The position numbers were made by a program, and so were the translations under genes. A DNA stretch of 51,215 bases from a virus. Lineage: Duplodnaviria > Caudoviricetes. Every line of letters begins with the position of its first letter. Position 1 is the first letter of the stretch. Positions 1 through 8,077 of the stretch are shown here, in pieces. The DNA lies in the IMG/VR virus record IMGVR_UViG_3300032227_000383, positions 1 to 51,215 of that record; one strand, written 5' to 3'. Below the pieces are notes generated by a model. It worked only from the letters and a program-made list of their open reading frames with translations. It did not search any database and was not told where the DNA came from.

Positions 1-237
1 AGCGTCGAGGTCAGTCTTGAAATACTTACCAAACGTGTTGCGAAGCCCTTTGGCGCTGTAGTTGAGGTTCTCGCTGAACGTCTTGAAGCCCCCGCTTTCA
101 TGCGCCGTTTGAGCAAAAAAATGTGCAGCGCGATTTGGTGATAGCTTATAAAAAGCAGCACCGCGCTTGAAAGTTCCCGGACCAAACGCACCATCTGCTG
201 TCACTCCGATCTTTTTCTGAAGTTCAATCAGGCTCAC
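1..237 (-). CDS. Endolysin, glycoside hydrolase family 19 (chitinase-like); 3' part truncated by window edge
   Basis: Manual translation from GTG at 237: MSLIELQKKIGVTADGAFGPGT...RAAHFFAQTAHESGGFKTFSENLNYSAKGL. HFxAQxxHESGGF/ENLNYS is the phage GH19 signature. N-terminal LQ..IG..ADG.FGPGT resembles a short peptidoglycan-binding motif. Not in ORF track. Confidence 0.9.
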   Translation of the reverse strand, partial: MSLIELQKKIGVTADGAFGPGTFKRGAAFYKLSPNRAAHFFAQTAHESGGFKTFSENLNYSAKGLRNTFGKYFKTDLDA

Positions 238-404
238 TTGTCGTCCTTCCGACTATTCCAAAGCTCAAAGAGCGTCTTGATCTTTTCCTCAACGACAGCA
301 AGGCGCACGTCCATCTTCGCGAGGATGATCACCAGCGAGATGAACGCAAGAACGAGCGGCCAAAGCTGGCCGATTAGTTCAACGGTGGAAAGGTTGCCTG
401 CCAT
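234..404 (-). CDS. Small single-TM membrane protein, holin/antiholin-like (56 aa)
   Basis: Manual translation MAGNLSTVELIGQLWPLVLAFISLVIILAKMDVRLAVVEEKIKTLFELWNSRKDDK; stop overlaps endolysin start (GTGA); TM followed by coiled coil. Confidence 0.7.
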   Translation of the reverse strand: MAGNLSTVELIGQLWPLVLAFISLVIILAKMDVRLAVVEEKIKTLFELWNSRKDDK

Positions 405-887
405 TTACGCCGCCGAGTTGCGCCAGTCGGGGAAGTCGTCCTGATCGACCACGCCGTCGCCGTTGGTGTCCCAGCGCAGGTCGTGACGATACTTCTCCCA
501 AGGGGCCATGTCGTCGTCTTCGACTTCCGGCAGCGGAGGTTCATGCGTCGGCGGTGCGATAGGTTCCGGCAGCGGGGGCTGCGGTTCTGGCTCAGGGGCA
601 ACCTGCGTCAGCTCCAGTGGCGCTTCCTTGTCACGCGCATTGGCGTTGAGGCTCAGACCGCCCAGCAGGCCGACGAACGCGCCGACAACCGTGTTGAAGG
701 CGGGGCCGATGATCTCGAACACCTTATCGCTGTCCACAACGTCTTTGGGCATGAACAGGCCGACAACCATCGCAATGACAACCACAAGGATGACGCAGGC
801 CAGTGTGGTCACGGCCATGCGGATCGTGAACTCAATGGTGTCCTCAACGCCGTCGCGGGTGCTTTCAAACCTATCCCAGAAGCTCAT
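405..887 (-). CDS. Two-TM membrane protein with Pro-rich linker and C-terminal EF-hand-like loop (holin-like)
   Basis: Two hydrophobic segments; DTNGDGVVDQDD loop; located in lysis cluster. Confidence 0.65.
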   Translation of the reverse strand: MSFWDRFESTRDGVEDTIEFTIRMAVTTLACVILVVVIAMVVGLFMPKDVVDSDKVFEIIGPAFNTVVGAFVGLLGGLSLNANARDKEAPLELTQVAPEPEPQPPLPEPIAPPTHEPPLPEVEDDDMAPWEKYRHDLRWDTNGDGVVDQDDFPDWRNSAA

Positions 888-1117
888 TACCTGTCTGCCT
901 TATTATCTAGTTTGTCCTCGATGCGGCGAAGGTGGATCATCACCTCGTCAAACTTCTTGTCGATGGCGTTGAACTTCTCGTCTCCAAAGCCAAGCCGGGC
1001 CTCAAGGAGTGTCAGCTTGTTGGTGAGGTTGACCCAAACGGTTATCAGCGCCCCGATGAAACTGAGGGCAGTGATGATAAAGCCAAGAATGGTGAAGGTT
1101 GTGGTGGCGTCCATCAC
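887..1117 (-). CDS. Small single-TM plus coiled-coil protein (XhlA/holin-like)
   Basis: N-terminal TM, C-terminal RRIEDKLDNK coiled coil; lysis context. Confidence 0.6.
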   Translation of the reverse strand: MMDATTTFTILGFIITALSFIGALITVWVNLTNKLTLLEARLGFGDEKFNAIDKKFDEVMIHLRRIEDKLDNKADR

Positions 1118-1473
1118 TTGAGGTTCCTCAGCTTGTAGATGGTGGAGAGGTACACAGCCGTCAGCGTGTCGATCAGGTTACCCACTGCACGGTTTCCCTT
1201 GCAGATGGCTTCGTGATTTTTTTCAATCCAATCCGCATCCCCCTGAAGGATCGACAAGATGTCGCCGCCAGTCTCCGGGGCAGGGATGGTCCCGATGAGA
1301 TCGAACGCGCCTTGATAGGCCTCGACCAGAGGGTCCAGCGCATCGATTACATCATCGTAGAACGAGCCCAGCGCCTGATGTAGGGAGAAGCTGCCAGCGC
1401 CGGTCGCGCGCCAGTGAAAGAAGTGTGCTGCGTTGCGGGCGTGAAACACGCGACAGATGAGCTGCTCGATCAT
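1114..1473 (-). CDS. Ferritin/Dps-like four-helix bundle protein (DUF5856-like)
   Basis: H-x-x-HW...SFSLHQALGSFYD...D.LVEAYQG...YKL pattern resembles Dps ferroxidase ligands. Confidence 0.7.
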   Translation of the reverse strand: MIEQLICRVFHARNAAHFFHWRATGAGSFSLHQALGSFYDDVIDALDPLVEAYQGAFDLIGTIPAPETGGDILSILQGDADWIEKNHEAICKGNRAVGNLIDTLTAVYLSTIYKLRNLK

Positions 1474-2168
1474 TATGCGATCCGCATCACAGGACAGATG
1501 ACTGATGGAATGGCAGGCGCAATAGCACCGGCTGCTGTAGCCTCGACTGTTACCGCCACGTTTTCAGGGAGCCACATAATTTCAATATACTGACCTGCTG
1601 TAACAGTATCAAAAAACGTCAAGCTGAACAGGTGGGCCCCGCCATCCGCCACTTTTGGAACTGTAATGACTGTAGCCGAGTTGGCGATATTGGTTCCATT
1701 CTTGCGGAACCAGAGGGTAGCATCATGGTCGGCTGCAGCCGAGTTCGCAAGCTGGATGGACGGGCAGAACATATAGGTTCCAGCCTCAGCCAATGTGATC
1801 CGCGTACTGGAGGCGACACTGACCCCAGTGCCTGTTAAATCAGTATTAAACGTAACAGCAGTGGCTGCGGCTGTGTTACCAGTCTGATCAGCGGTGCTTA
1901 TCGGCTGACCGAAGGCGCGGCCAGCAAGGTCCAAGAATGGGACAGTCGCAGCAGCCGTCATCGCCGACGTGCCGTTACCCTTGACGTAGCCTGTGAGCGT
2001 TGCAGCACCAGTGCCTCCAGTGGCAACGGTACGGACGTTGATAGCTGAAGCGGCAACGTCGCGTGCTAAAACTTTGCTGCTTACGCCAGATTGCACCAAC
2101 TCAAGGAGTTCAGTGCCTCCTAATGGGGTTGATGCAGCAGGAAGCGCTGAAATTTTTACATTTGCCAT
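1473..2168 (-). CDS. Short tail/head fibre protein with C-terminal C1q/BclA-like beta-sandwich
   Basis: N-terminal MANVKISALP motif typical of phage fibres; GGTGAATLTGYVKG repeat; C-terminal G.Y....I.L...W.RKNG..I..S pattern. Confidence 0.65.
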   Translation of the reverse strand: MANVKISALPAASTPLGGTELLELVQSGVSSKVLARDVAASAINVRTVATGGTGAATLTGYVKGNGTSAMTAAATVPFLDLAGRAFGQPISTADQTGNTAAATAVTFNTDLTGTGVSVASSTRITLAEAGTYMFCPSIQLANSAAADHDATLWFRKNGTNIANSATVITVPKVADGGAHLFSLTFFDTVTAGQYIEIMWLPENVAVTVEATAAGAIAPAIPSVICPVMRIA

Positions 2169-2518
2169 TATGCCAATCCGTACAAAATGTTGAGAATGTC
2201 CGACTGAATATCAGCCGCAGCAGTCTGCGCGTTGGTCGTCGCATCCTGCGTATCGGGACGCGGATTCTTTAACGGGACAGGATCCGGGCGAAGCAGCAAA
2301 CGACGATAATATGGCTGCGGAACATCATCGCACGAAGCGCAAACGCGCAGGCTCAGGCCGACAGGAGTGCTGCCGCCACGATAGTCCTTCTTCTCGCGAA
2401 GCTCAGTGTGCTGGACCATGAAGCCGCAGCCGTCGCAGATCGCAAGACCGTGCGGCGACTTCGCGTCGAAGGTGGGCTGGTCCCTGTATTTTTTCCCGCG
2501 TCCAAAGCCGTACTGCAT
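2168..2518 (-). CDS. Conserved phage protein with CxxC...CxxC zinc ribbon
   Basis: ICDGCG...VCASCDD..P; ATG at 2518 coupled (TGATG) to upstream stop. Confidence 0.65.
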   Translation of the reverse strand: MQYGFGRGKKYRDQPTFDAKSPHGLAICDGCGFMVQHTELREKKDYRGGSTPVGLSLRVCASCDDVPQPYYRRLLLRPDPVPLKNPRPDTQDATTNAQTAAADIQSDILNILYGLA

Positions 2519-3201
2519 CAGTAGCTCCAAGGATCAATGGTGATGCGCAGTGGAACCTTCTCGCGGTCCTCAGCCTTGGCACGGGTGTAAGAGACATCGG
2601 CCTCACCCCGGAGATATTGAAGGCGATCAGGTGCGAACTTGGTCGCCAGCTTGGCCGCAACGCCTGCAGCAATGGCTTCCATCCAGCGATTCGGCGCGTC
2701 GAGCGAGTTCGTCATCGCGCCGGCGTCCTGCTGAATCTTCATACGATAGTAGCGAAGCGTGACGCTGGTATCCTGAGGAACCTGCCACAGGAACAGTGTC
2801 GGAATGGACGTGCGCTGAAAGTAATACTGGAATGGCCGAGCCCCGGACTGAGCCTTGTTCGGGATCGCCGCGTATTCGCTGCGGCTGATTGGCTGGATCA
2901 GGATGTCGTTGTTGATCCCACCAGAAGTGACGCGAGTGTACGCCTGAAGGATCGACACAGTCTCGACATCGAGTGTGTAGCTCTGTACCCCGGCAAGCAG
3001 CGGCAGGACGACGAGGTCGACTTCCCACAGGTTGGGCCCGTCGTTCGACCAGTCCGCAAAAAGGTAATTGATCGAGCGGCGCGCACTCTCAATGTCCTGA
3101 GATGACAGGGACGCAGGGTTACGGCCAACGCGCTCAAACGCCTCAGTGATGATATCGATCTGCTCAGAGGAGCCAAAATCGTATGTTCCGCTGGTTGTCA
3201 T
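2518..3201 (-). CDS. Head-tail adaptor / tail tubular protein A-like
   Basis: 227 aa; MTTSGT..F...DIITEAFER.G...ARRS.N.LF.DW.N pattern recalled from podovirus adaptors; position downstream of capsid. Confidence 0.6.
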   Translation of the reverse strand: MTTSGTYDFGSSEQIDIITEAFERVGRNPASLSSQDIESARRSINYLFADWSNDGPNLWEVDLVVLPLLAGVQSYTLDVETVSILQAYTRVTSGGINNDILIQPISRSEYAAIPNKAQSGARPFQYYFQRTSIPTLFLWQVPQDTSVTLRYYRMKIQQDAGAMTNSLDAPNRWMEAIAAGVAAKLATKFAPDRLQYLRGEADVSYTRAKAEDREKVPLRITIDPWSY

Positions 3202-3264
3202 CTATGCCTCACTGCAAGCTTCCGCCCGTATACACCGGGCTGGAATGATTTACAATCATGCTGA

Positions 3265-4335
3265 TCACGGCCACAAAAGACGGAAGAAGGCACCTGTGTT
3301 TGCAGATACAGGTGAGGCCACGGTGTATATGACAATGACACACCCTTGTGCGCCATTGCCACCGTTGCCAGTCACGCCAGCACTTGGGCGGCTACCACCG
3401 GAGCCACCGCCACCGGCACCATAAAGACCGCCATTGCCACCATTACCAGAACCGCCGCCTGAAAGGGTGCTGGCATAGCCACCAGAACCGCCGCCGCCGC
3501 CGCCAGAACCTGCTGTTCCGCCTGCCGTAATGGCAATTTCCGTCCCAGCACCGCCTGCGCCACCAGCGCCGCTTGCTGCTGCGTTGCTTGTTGTGCGGCC
3601 CAATGAGCCGCCGCCTCCGCCGCCGTTTGTGCCTGCTACGCCAGCAGTTCCCCATACCGTGCCAGCAGCGCCGCCAGCCCCACTTGAACCATTGCCGCCT
3701 GCTGTTGCCGTGGTTCCAGTGGCGTTTGCTGATGATCCTGCGACACCACCACCACCTGATGCACCTGTGGCCGTGTGCGAACCACTGGACCCGCCTGTAG
3801 ATGTTACGGTCCCGTTCCAACGCGCAGCAGCACCGCCGCCAGTTCCGCCGCCTACAGTTAGACCAGCGTTTCCGTTACCACCATTTGATCCACCAGAAGC
3901 ACTTGATGAGTAAAAGCCACCACCGGACCCAGTGCCAAGTGGTCCACTAGCAGCAGTGTAAGCTACACCACCAAACCCGCCCTCCCCAATGCAACCAACG
4001 CCGCCTGCTGCAATATTAGATGGGTAAACCGGCGCTATTGGGTCGAAATATGAAAACCCACCATTATCTGCAAAAGGTGTGATTGCTGCATAGCCTCCAC
4101 GGCCACCTGCGCCAATAACGATGTAGCACGTTTGACCGGGCGAAACGGTCCCTTCCCAAATACCCGCACCGCCACCGCCGCCGCCACCGCCGCCATAGTA
4201 TGTTGTGCCAAAGTGGCCTTTACCGCCACCGCCGCCGCCACCAATAGCAATGACTTTGATCGGAACAGTTGGGTCACAATCTGCTGGCATCACAAACGAT
4301 GTCCCAGATGTAAAAAGAAGCGTTTTAGTCGCCAT
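3265..4335 (-). CDS. Glycine-rich virion protein (fibre-associated)
   Basis: FTSGTSF..P...VIAIGGGGGG...GNGAQGCVIV.Y glycine-rich domain; likely start MATK at 4335. Confidence 0.7.
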   Translation of the reverse strand: MATKTLLFTSGTSFVMPADCDPTVPIKVIAIGGGGGGGKGHFGTTYYGGGGGGGGGAGIWEGTVSPGQTCYIVIGAGGRGGYAAITPFADNGGFSYFDPIAPVYPSNIAAGGVGCIGEGGFGGVAYTAASGPLGTGSGGGFYSSSASGGSNGGNGNAGLTVGGGTGGGAAARWNGTVTSTGGSSGSHTATGASGGGGVAGSSANATGTTATAGGNGSSGAGGAAGTVWGTAGVAGTNGGGGGGSLGRTTSNAAASGAGGAGGAGTEIAITAGGTAGSGGGGGGSGGYASTLSGGGSGNGGNGGLYGAGGGGSGGSRPSAGVTGNGGNGAQGCVIVIYTVASPVSANTGAFFRLLWP

Positions 4336-4507
4336 AGATAAATTCCATGCCGTCCCACTTGTAATTTGGACCACAGCGTTGATCGTTCATCACTTCAATC
4401 AATGTGCAACCATCTGGGGGTAAGTCACTAGGCAGGCAGATGATGACGTTGACCACAAGGCCATTTGCATCAACCACAGCACACCGCGTTGCGACTTGAT
4501 CGGTCAT
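4325..4507 (-). CDS. Small fibre-associated protein
   Basis: 60 aa; AVVD.NG.VVNVI....G..WDG..F motif commonly adjacent to Gly-rich fibres. Confidence 0.55.
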   Translation of the reverse strand: MTDQVATRCAVVDANGLVVNVIICLPSDLPPDGCTLIEVMNDQRCGPNYKWDGMEFIYGD

Positions 4508-4516
4508 TTACGCCTC

Positions 4517-5725
4517 CTATGCGGTTGCCACACAACGCCATTTGGATGTGGCTGCATTCCATACAAAACCGACATCAAGGCGGTTGGTAGTCACGGTAGT
4601 GGTTGGTAACGCAATTGTCGATGCTTCAAATGAAGCGCCCCAAGTTATCGCAATCGCGCCAGTTCCCGTAATGGAAATCCAAAGCTTCTGGCCGTTGGTG
4701 GGAGTTCCAGAAAGGTTTGTAGTAAATGACGTGATTGTCACAGTTTGGCCAGTAATCACCATCATGTCGTAATTATTAGTGTTCAGCGTTGGTGTGGCGC
4801 TATCTGCAGTTGAGGCAAGGACGCGAGGCGTTAAGCGCTTATTCGTCAGAGTCTGCGTGTCAGTCGTTCCAACGATGTCGCCTGATGGGGCTGTGACAGT
4901 CGTAAATGCCGATGTGCCGTTGCCGATGACGACCCCAGTCAGAGTAGATGCGCCAGTTCCGCCACGGGCTACCGAGAGCTGTCCGGTCCATCCGGCAGTG
5001 ATCGATGTAGCAGCTAGCAGTGCTGATGCTGGAGTTCCACCTAACGTAAGGGTGACATTGGTGTCATCTGTTTTAGTTAGAGCCGCACCGCTTCCGATGT
5101 CGGACGCTGGGATAGTTGATGATGCCGTAAGAGCAGCAGTGCCAGTTCCCTTAACATAGCCAGTCAGGGTCGCCGCGCCAGTGCCACCGCGTGCCACAGA
5201 AAGTTGCCCTGTCCAGCCAGCAGTAATGGAAGTTGCTGAAAGCAGCGCCGTCGTTGGGCTTCCGCCAAGGGTCAGAGTGACGTTCGTGTCATCAGTTTTG
5301 GTCAGCGCCGCACCGCTACTAATATCTGAAGCAGGAATTGTCGCTGATGCAGTAAGGGCCGTTGTGCCAGAACCCTTGACATAGCCAGTCAAAGTTATTG
5401 CACCTGTTCCGCCATTGGCCACAGGTAGAATGCCAGATACCTGCGTCGTAAGACTGACGCCAGAGAGCGCGCCGCCAAGCGTCAGGGATCCGCTGTTGGT
5501 AACGGTGCCTGTCAGCGTGATGCCATTGACGGTCCCGGTCCCGCTAACCATAGTGACTGTTCCGCCACCCCCACCCGACATTGGAACCCAGCCAGTGGCT
5601 GAGAGGACGTATGTTATCTCTGCAATCAGGGGCGCAGGGACTTCACCCTGAATACCATCCCTGCTGACTGTCGGCGGCGTGAACGTACCAAAGTCAATAA
5701 TGCCGGAGTGCGGCGCAATTGTCAT
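4517..5725 (-). CDS. Tail fibre protein with internal tandem repeat
   Basis: Thr/Gly-rich; L.VA.GGTGA.TLTG repeats; TQTLTNK motif; C-terminal domain ending KWRCVATA. Confidence 0.75.
   Translation of the reverse strand: MTIAPHSGIIDFGTFTPPTVSRDGIQGEVPAPLIAEITYVLSATGWVPMSGGGGGTVTMVSGTGTVNGITLTGTVTNSGSLTLGGALSGVSLTTQVSGILPVANGGTGAITLTGYVKGSGTTALTASATIPASDISSGAALTKTDDTNVTLTLGGSPTTALLSATSITAGWTGQLSVARGGTGAATLTGYVKGTGTAALTASSTIPASDIGSGAALTKTDDTNVTLTLGGTPASALLAATSITAGWTGQLSVARGGTGASTLTGVVIGNGTSAFTTVTAPSGDIVGTTDTQTLTNKRLTPRVLASTADSATPTLNTNNYDMMVITGQTVTITSFTTNLSGTPTNGQKLWISITGTGAIAITWGASFEASTIALPTTTVTTNRLDVGFVWNAATSKWRCVATA
4950..5420 (-). repeat. Tandem ~75-codon duplication within fibre gene
   Basis: GGTGA.TLTGYVKG.GT.ALTAS.TIPASDI.SGAALTKTDDTNVTLTLGG.P..ALL.ATSITAGWTGQLSVAR occurs twice; boundaries approximate. 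Confidence 0.85.
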
Positions 5726-6285
5726 TATGCAAGGCTTTCAATGAAGGCCTTATGTTTTGCCAGAATGTCCTGCTTCGTCTGCTCTGCGTCAGCAGCAGCC
5801 GCGATGGCTTTGTCCTTTTCAGAGGCTGCGTCGGCGATCTGATCTTTAAGTTTGGCTGAAAGATTCCTTGACTCCGTTGCAGCGGCCTTAGCTGATTTTT
5901 CTGCAGCAATAACTGCGGCAGCGTTGGCCTTGGCCGCTGTGTTGGCAGCTTCTGTTTCCAGCGCGAGAGCATCAGCAGCAGCGCGTGCAGCAGATTCAAT
6001 ATTGGCAGCAGCAGCTTCAGCGTCAGAGATAATGCCAGCAGCTTTGTTTTTTGCGTCAGCAATGGCCTGCTTGGCAGCCAGCTTGTCTGAGCGAATTTCT
6101 TCACGAAGCGAAAGGATATCGGAAGCCGGGCCAACAAGGTCGACGACCGCCTGATTTTTTGCAATCAAATCCTCAAGGGCTTTTACCTTCTGAGTGTATG
6201 CGTCAGGGTTCGCAACAAGTGTCAGGAGATCGAGCAACTGGCTGCTGCTATTTGCCGCAGATCCGTCAATGTTGGTGGCGATCAT
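5725..6285 (-). CDS. Ala-rich coiled-coil protein
   Basis: 186-aa ORF, RBS AGGAG, coupled to fibre gene. Confidence 0.7.
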   Translation of the reverse strand: MIATNIDGSAANSSSQLLDLLTLVANPDAYTQKVKALEDLIAKNQAVVDLVGPASDILSLREEIRSDKLAAKQAIADAKNKAAGIISDAEAAAANIESAARAAADALALETEAANTAAKANAAAVIAAEKSAKAAATESRNLSAKLKDQIADAASEKDKAIAAAADAEQTKQDILAKHKAFIESLA

Positions 6286-6296
6286 GCGATAACTCC

Positions 6297-6626
6297 TTAA
6301 TAGCCGGCTTGGATGACAGTGAAGCGGACAGAGCCGCTGCCTGCCGTCTGTTTGATGCGGACGGCTGTAGCCGGGTACGCGAGGTTCGAATCCTTCGTCG
6401 CAGTTTGCGCCGTAAGGCTTGGATGATCCACCCAGTTTCCGGTGGCTGCTGTCCAGTCTGAAGCCTGCACCAGATCAAATGTATACTGCACGGTATACGT
6501 CGCGGTGCCGGTCACAAGAACGCTGAGCGTGATGTTGTTCGGGTTCGCAAAATAATCCAGCGGGATCGGATTGCCGTTAAGGGTTCCGCCCGATGCGTCG
6601 GAGAGAGTTTGAACAATCGGTCGCAT
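6297..6626 (-). CDS. Small all-beta virion structural protein
   Basis: 109 aa, RBS GGAGG; YTVQYT.D...AVRI..T.G.GSV..T..Q.G pattern. Confidence 0.6.
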   Translation of the reverse strand: MRPIVQTLSDASGGTLNGNPIPLDYFANPNNITLSVLVTGTATYTVQYTFDLVQASDWTAATGNWVDHPSLTAQTATKDSNLAYPATAVRIKQTAGSGSVRFTVIQAGY

Positions 6627-6648
6627 TTCAATGGCCTCCAGAATTCAT

Positions 6649-6888
6649 TTATCGAAACTTTGCAGTCTTTTTGGCGATGGCCTTAGGCTGACTTACAAAC
6701 TGTTTGCCCTTTGCCGACCCCTGCTTCTTCGCCCTCGTTGTAGCAGCATATTCAGAAGATGTCAGCGACTTAATGGCAGCCTTCGGAAGGTAGCGCTCAC
6801 CAGTCTTGCTGGACGGCTTTCCGGACTTCGTGGTCCAGTCCTGCTTGGTCCAGTCTTTAAGAGACTGCTGGGGCTTCCTAATCGGCAT
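6649..6888 (-). CDS. Basic protein, C-terminal half of DUF5872-like family
   Basis: MPIRKPQQSLKDWTKQDW.TKSGKPS..TGERYLP...GKQFV; ATG overlaps end of upstream ORF. Confidence 0.65.
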   Translation of the reverse strand: MPIRKPQQSLKDWTKQDWTTKSGKPSSKTGERYLPKAAIKSLTSSEYAATTRAKKQGSAKGKQFVSQPKAIAKKTAKFR

Positions 6889-7066
6889 AGCCGCCACCTT
6901 TTGACTTGTACTGCTTGGCGAGGAGCTGCGCCTTGCGCGCAGACCACTGGCCAGCTTTTGTACCGTGCGTCTCGCGCGCCTTAATGCTTTTAAAAAGGCC
7001 CTCGCGGAGGCCCGGCTTCGTATAGTTACCAGCCTCGTTGACGCGAGATTCCTTTTTTCCACGCAT
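6878..7066 (-). CDS. DUF5872-like basic protein (N-terminal half)
   Basis: NYTKP.LR...GQWSARKAQLLAK.YK.KGGGY signature. Confidence 0.7.
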   Translation of the reverse strand: MRGKKESRVNEAGNYTKPGLREGLFKSIKARETHGTKAGQWSARKAQLLAKQYKSKGGGYAD

Positions 7067-7067
7067 G

Positions 7068-7322
7068 TCAGCAGTTCCAAGCTTTGAGTGATTTGTTGAT
7101 CCGGCTGTCCGGATCGTTCGCCGTCTTAGCGCTCGTCAGCTTGCTCTTCATGCCCTTCATGCGGGCGCAAAAGCTATCACGACGTGATCCGCCTTCAGGC
7201 TGTGGGCGCTTCAGATTACTGCCAGTAGCTGCATTGTACGCCTTGCGTCCAGCCTCATTAAGACCGCCGGCAGGGCTCTTGTGCTTGGCTTTAAATTGGA
7301 AGTCTTTTTTCGCCCGCATCAT
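7068..7322 (-). CDS. DUF6321-like small basic phage protein
   Basis: GGLNEAGR...NLK.P....RR.SFCARM.G......DP.SRINK.L.AW.C. Confidence 0.7.
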   Translation of the reverse strand: MMRAKKDFQFKAKHKSPAGGLNEAGRKAYNAATGSNLKRPQPEGGSRRDSFCARMKGMKSKLTSAKTANDPDSRINKSLKAWNC

Positions 7323-7336
7323 AATCTCCATATGAA

Positions 7337-7358
7337 TGGGGCGACCGAAGCCGCCCCA
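7337..7358 (-). terminator. GC-rich cUUCGg hairpin (terminator or mRNA-stabilising)
   Basis: Minus strand TGGGGCGGC-TTCG-GTCGCCCCA; weak U-tract. Confidence 0.55.
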
Positions 7359-7362
7359 AACA

Positions 7363-8028
7363 TTAGGCTTGTGTCACGCCATAGAGGCCGGTCTGAGTAT
7401 CGTCGTCAGCGACAAATACCCAAAGCGTCAGCCGCTTAGAGGCGTCGGCAGCGTCAGCAGGAGCAAAAGTTCCGCGAACGTCGCCAGTCGTGGTGGTTGC
7501 CGGACTGGTTGTGACTGCCGCTACAAACGTGCCGGTCGTGACAAATGCGCCACCCCAAGCAGTCTGCACATAGTTGCGGCTGTCAGCGCGGATCGGAAGG
7601 CCAAACACGTCACCAGTGCCAACGAAGAAATCGGTGGCAGCAGCCGAGGCTGCGATTTGCGTGATCGTCTTAAAAGCCTTCTTGCCAGCTACGGCGGTCG
7701 TGCCATTCAGTGTAATGGCTTCCGACATTGGAATACCATAAACGTCTGTGCCTGTAACCGTCAGAACAGCCGTGGCTGCACCAGCAGCGTCAATGATGAC
7801 GTTGCGAGGAACGTCAAGAGTAACGGTGCCACCGGAAGCCAACGCGCCATTGAGTAGAGCATTGCCTGCCGCAGCAAGCGTCTGCTGAGCGCAGATCCCA
7901 TCAGCATCCAAGGCGACCGGAACCACGTCGTAGACGTTGATCGGCGACATGAAGACGCCCGGCAGCGAAGCCGTGCCGTTGTTGGCGAAGTTCCTACCTG
8001 CCCGGACACCGTCAGAGAAATGAGTCAT
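7363..8028 (-). CDS. Putative capsid decoration/minor capsid protein
   Basis: 221 aa immediately downstream of MCP; MTHFSDGVR N-terminus; RBS AGGAG. Confidence 0.55.
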   Translation of the reverse strand: MTHFSDGVRAGRNFANNGTASLPGVFMSPINVYDVVPVALDADGICAQQTLAAAGNALLNGALASGGTVTLDVPRNVIIDAAGAATAVLTVTGTDVYGIPMSEAITLNGTTAVAGKKAFKTITQIAASAAATDFFVGTGDVFGLPIRADSRNYVQTAWGGAFVTTGTFVAAVTTSPATTTTGDVRGTFAPADAADASKRLTLWVFVADDDTQTGLYGVTQA

Positions 8029-8045
8029 GTGTATTCTCCTAAGTT

Positions 8046-8069
8046 AGGGGGTGACCGAAGCCACCCCCT
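8046..8069 (-). terminator. GC-rich cUUCGg hairpin after major capsid gene
   Basis: Minus strand AGGGGGTGGC-TTCG-GTCACCCCCT; no U-tract. Confidence 0.55.
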
Positions 8070-8077
8070 GAGTCCGA

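Noticed and set aside
3265-5725. Diversity-generating retroelement or invertible fibre cassette
   Set aside because: No reverse transcriptase or invertase seen; repeat differences are not adenine-specific
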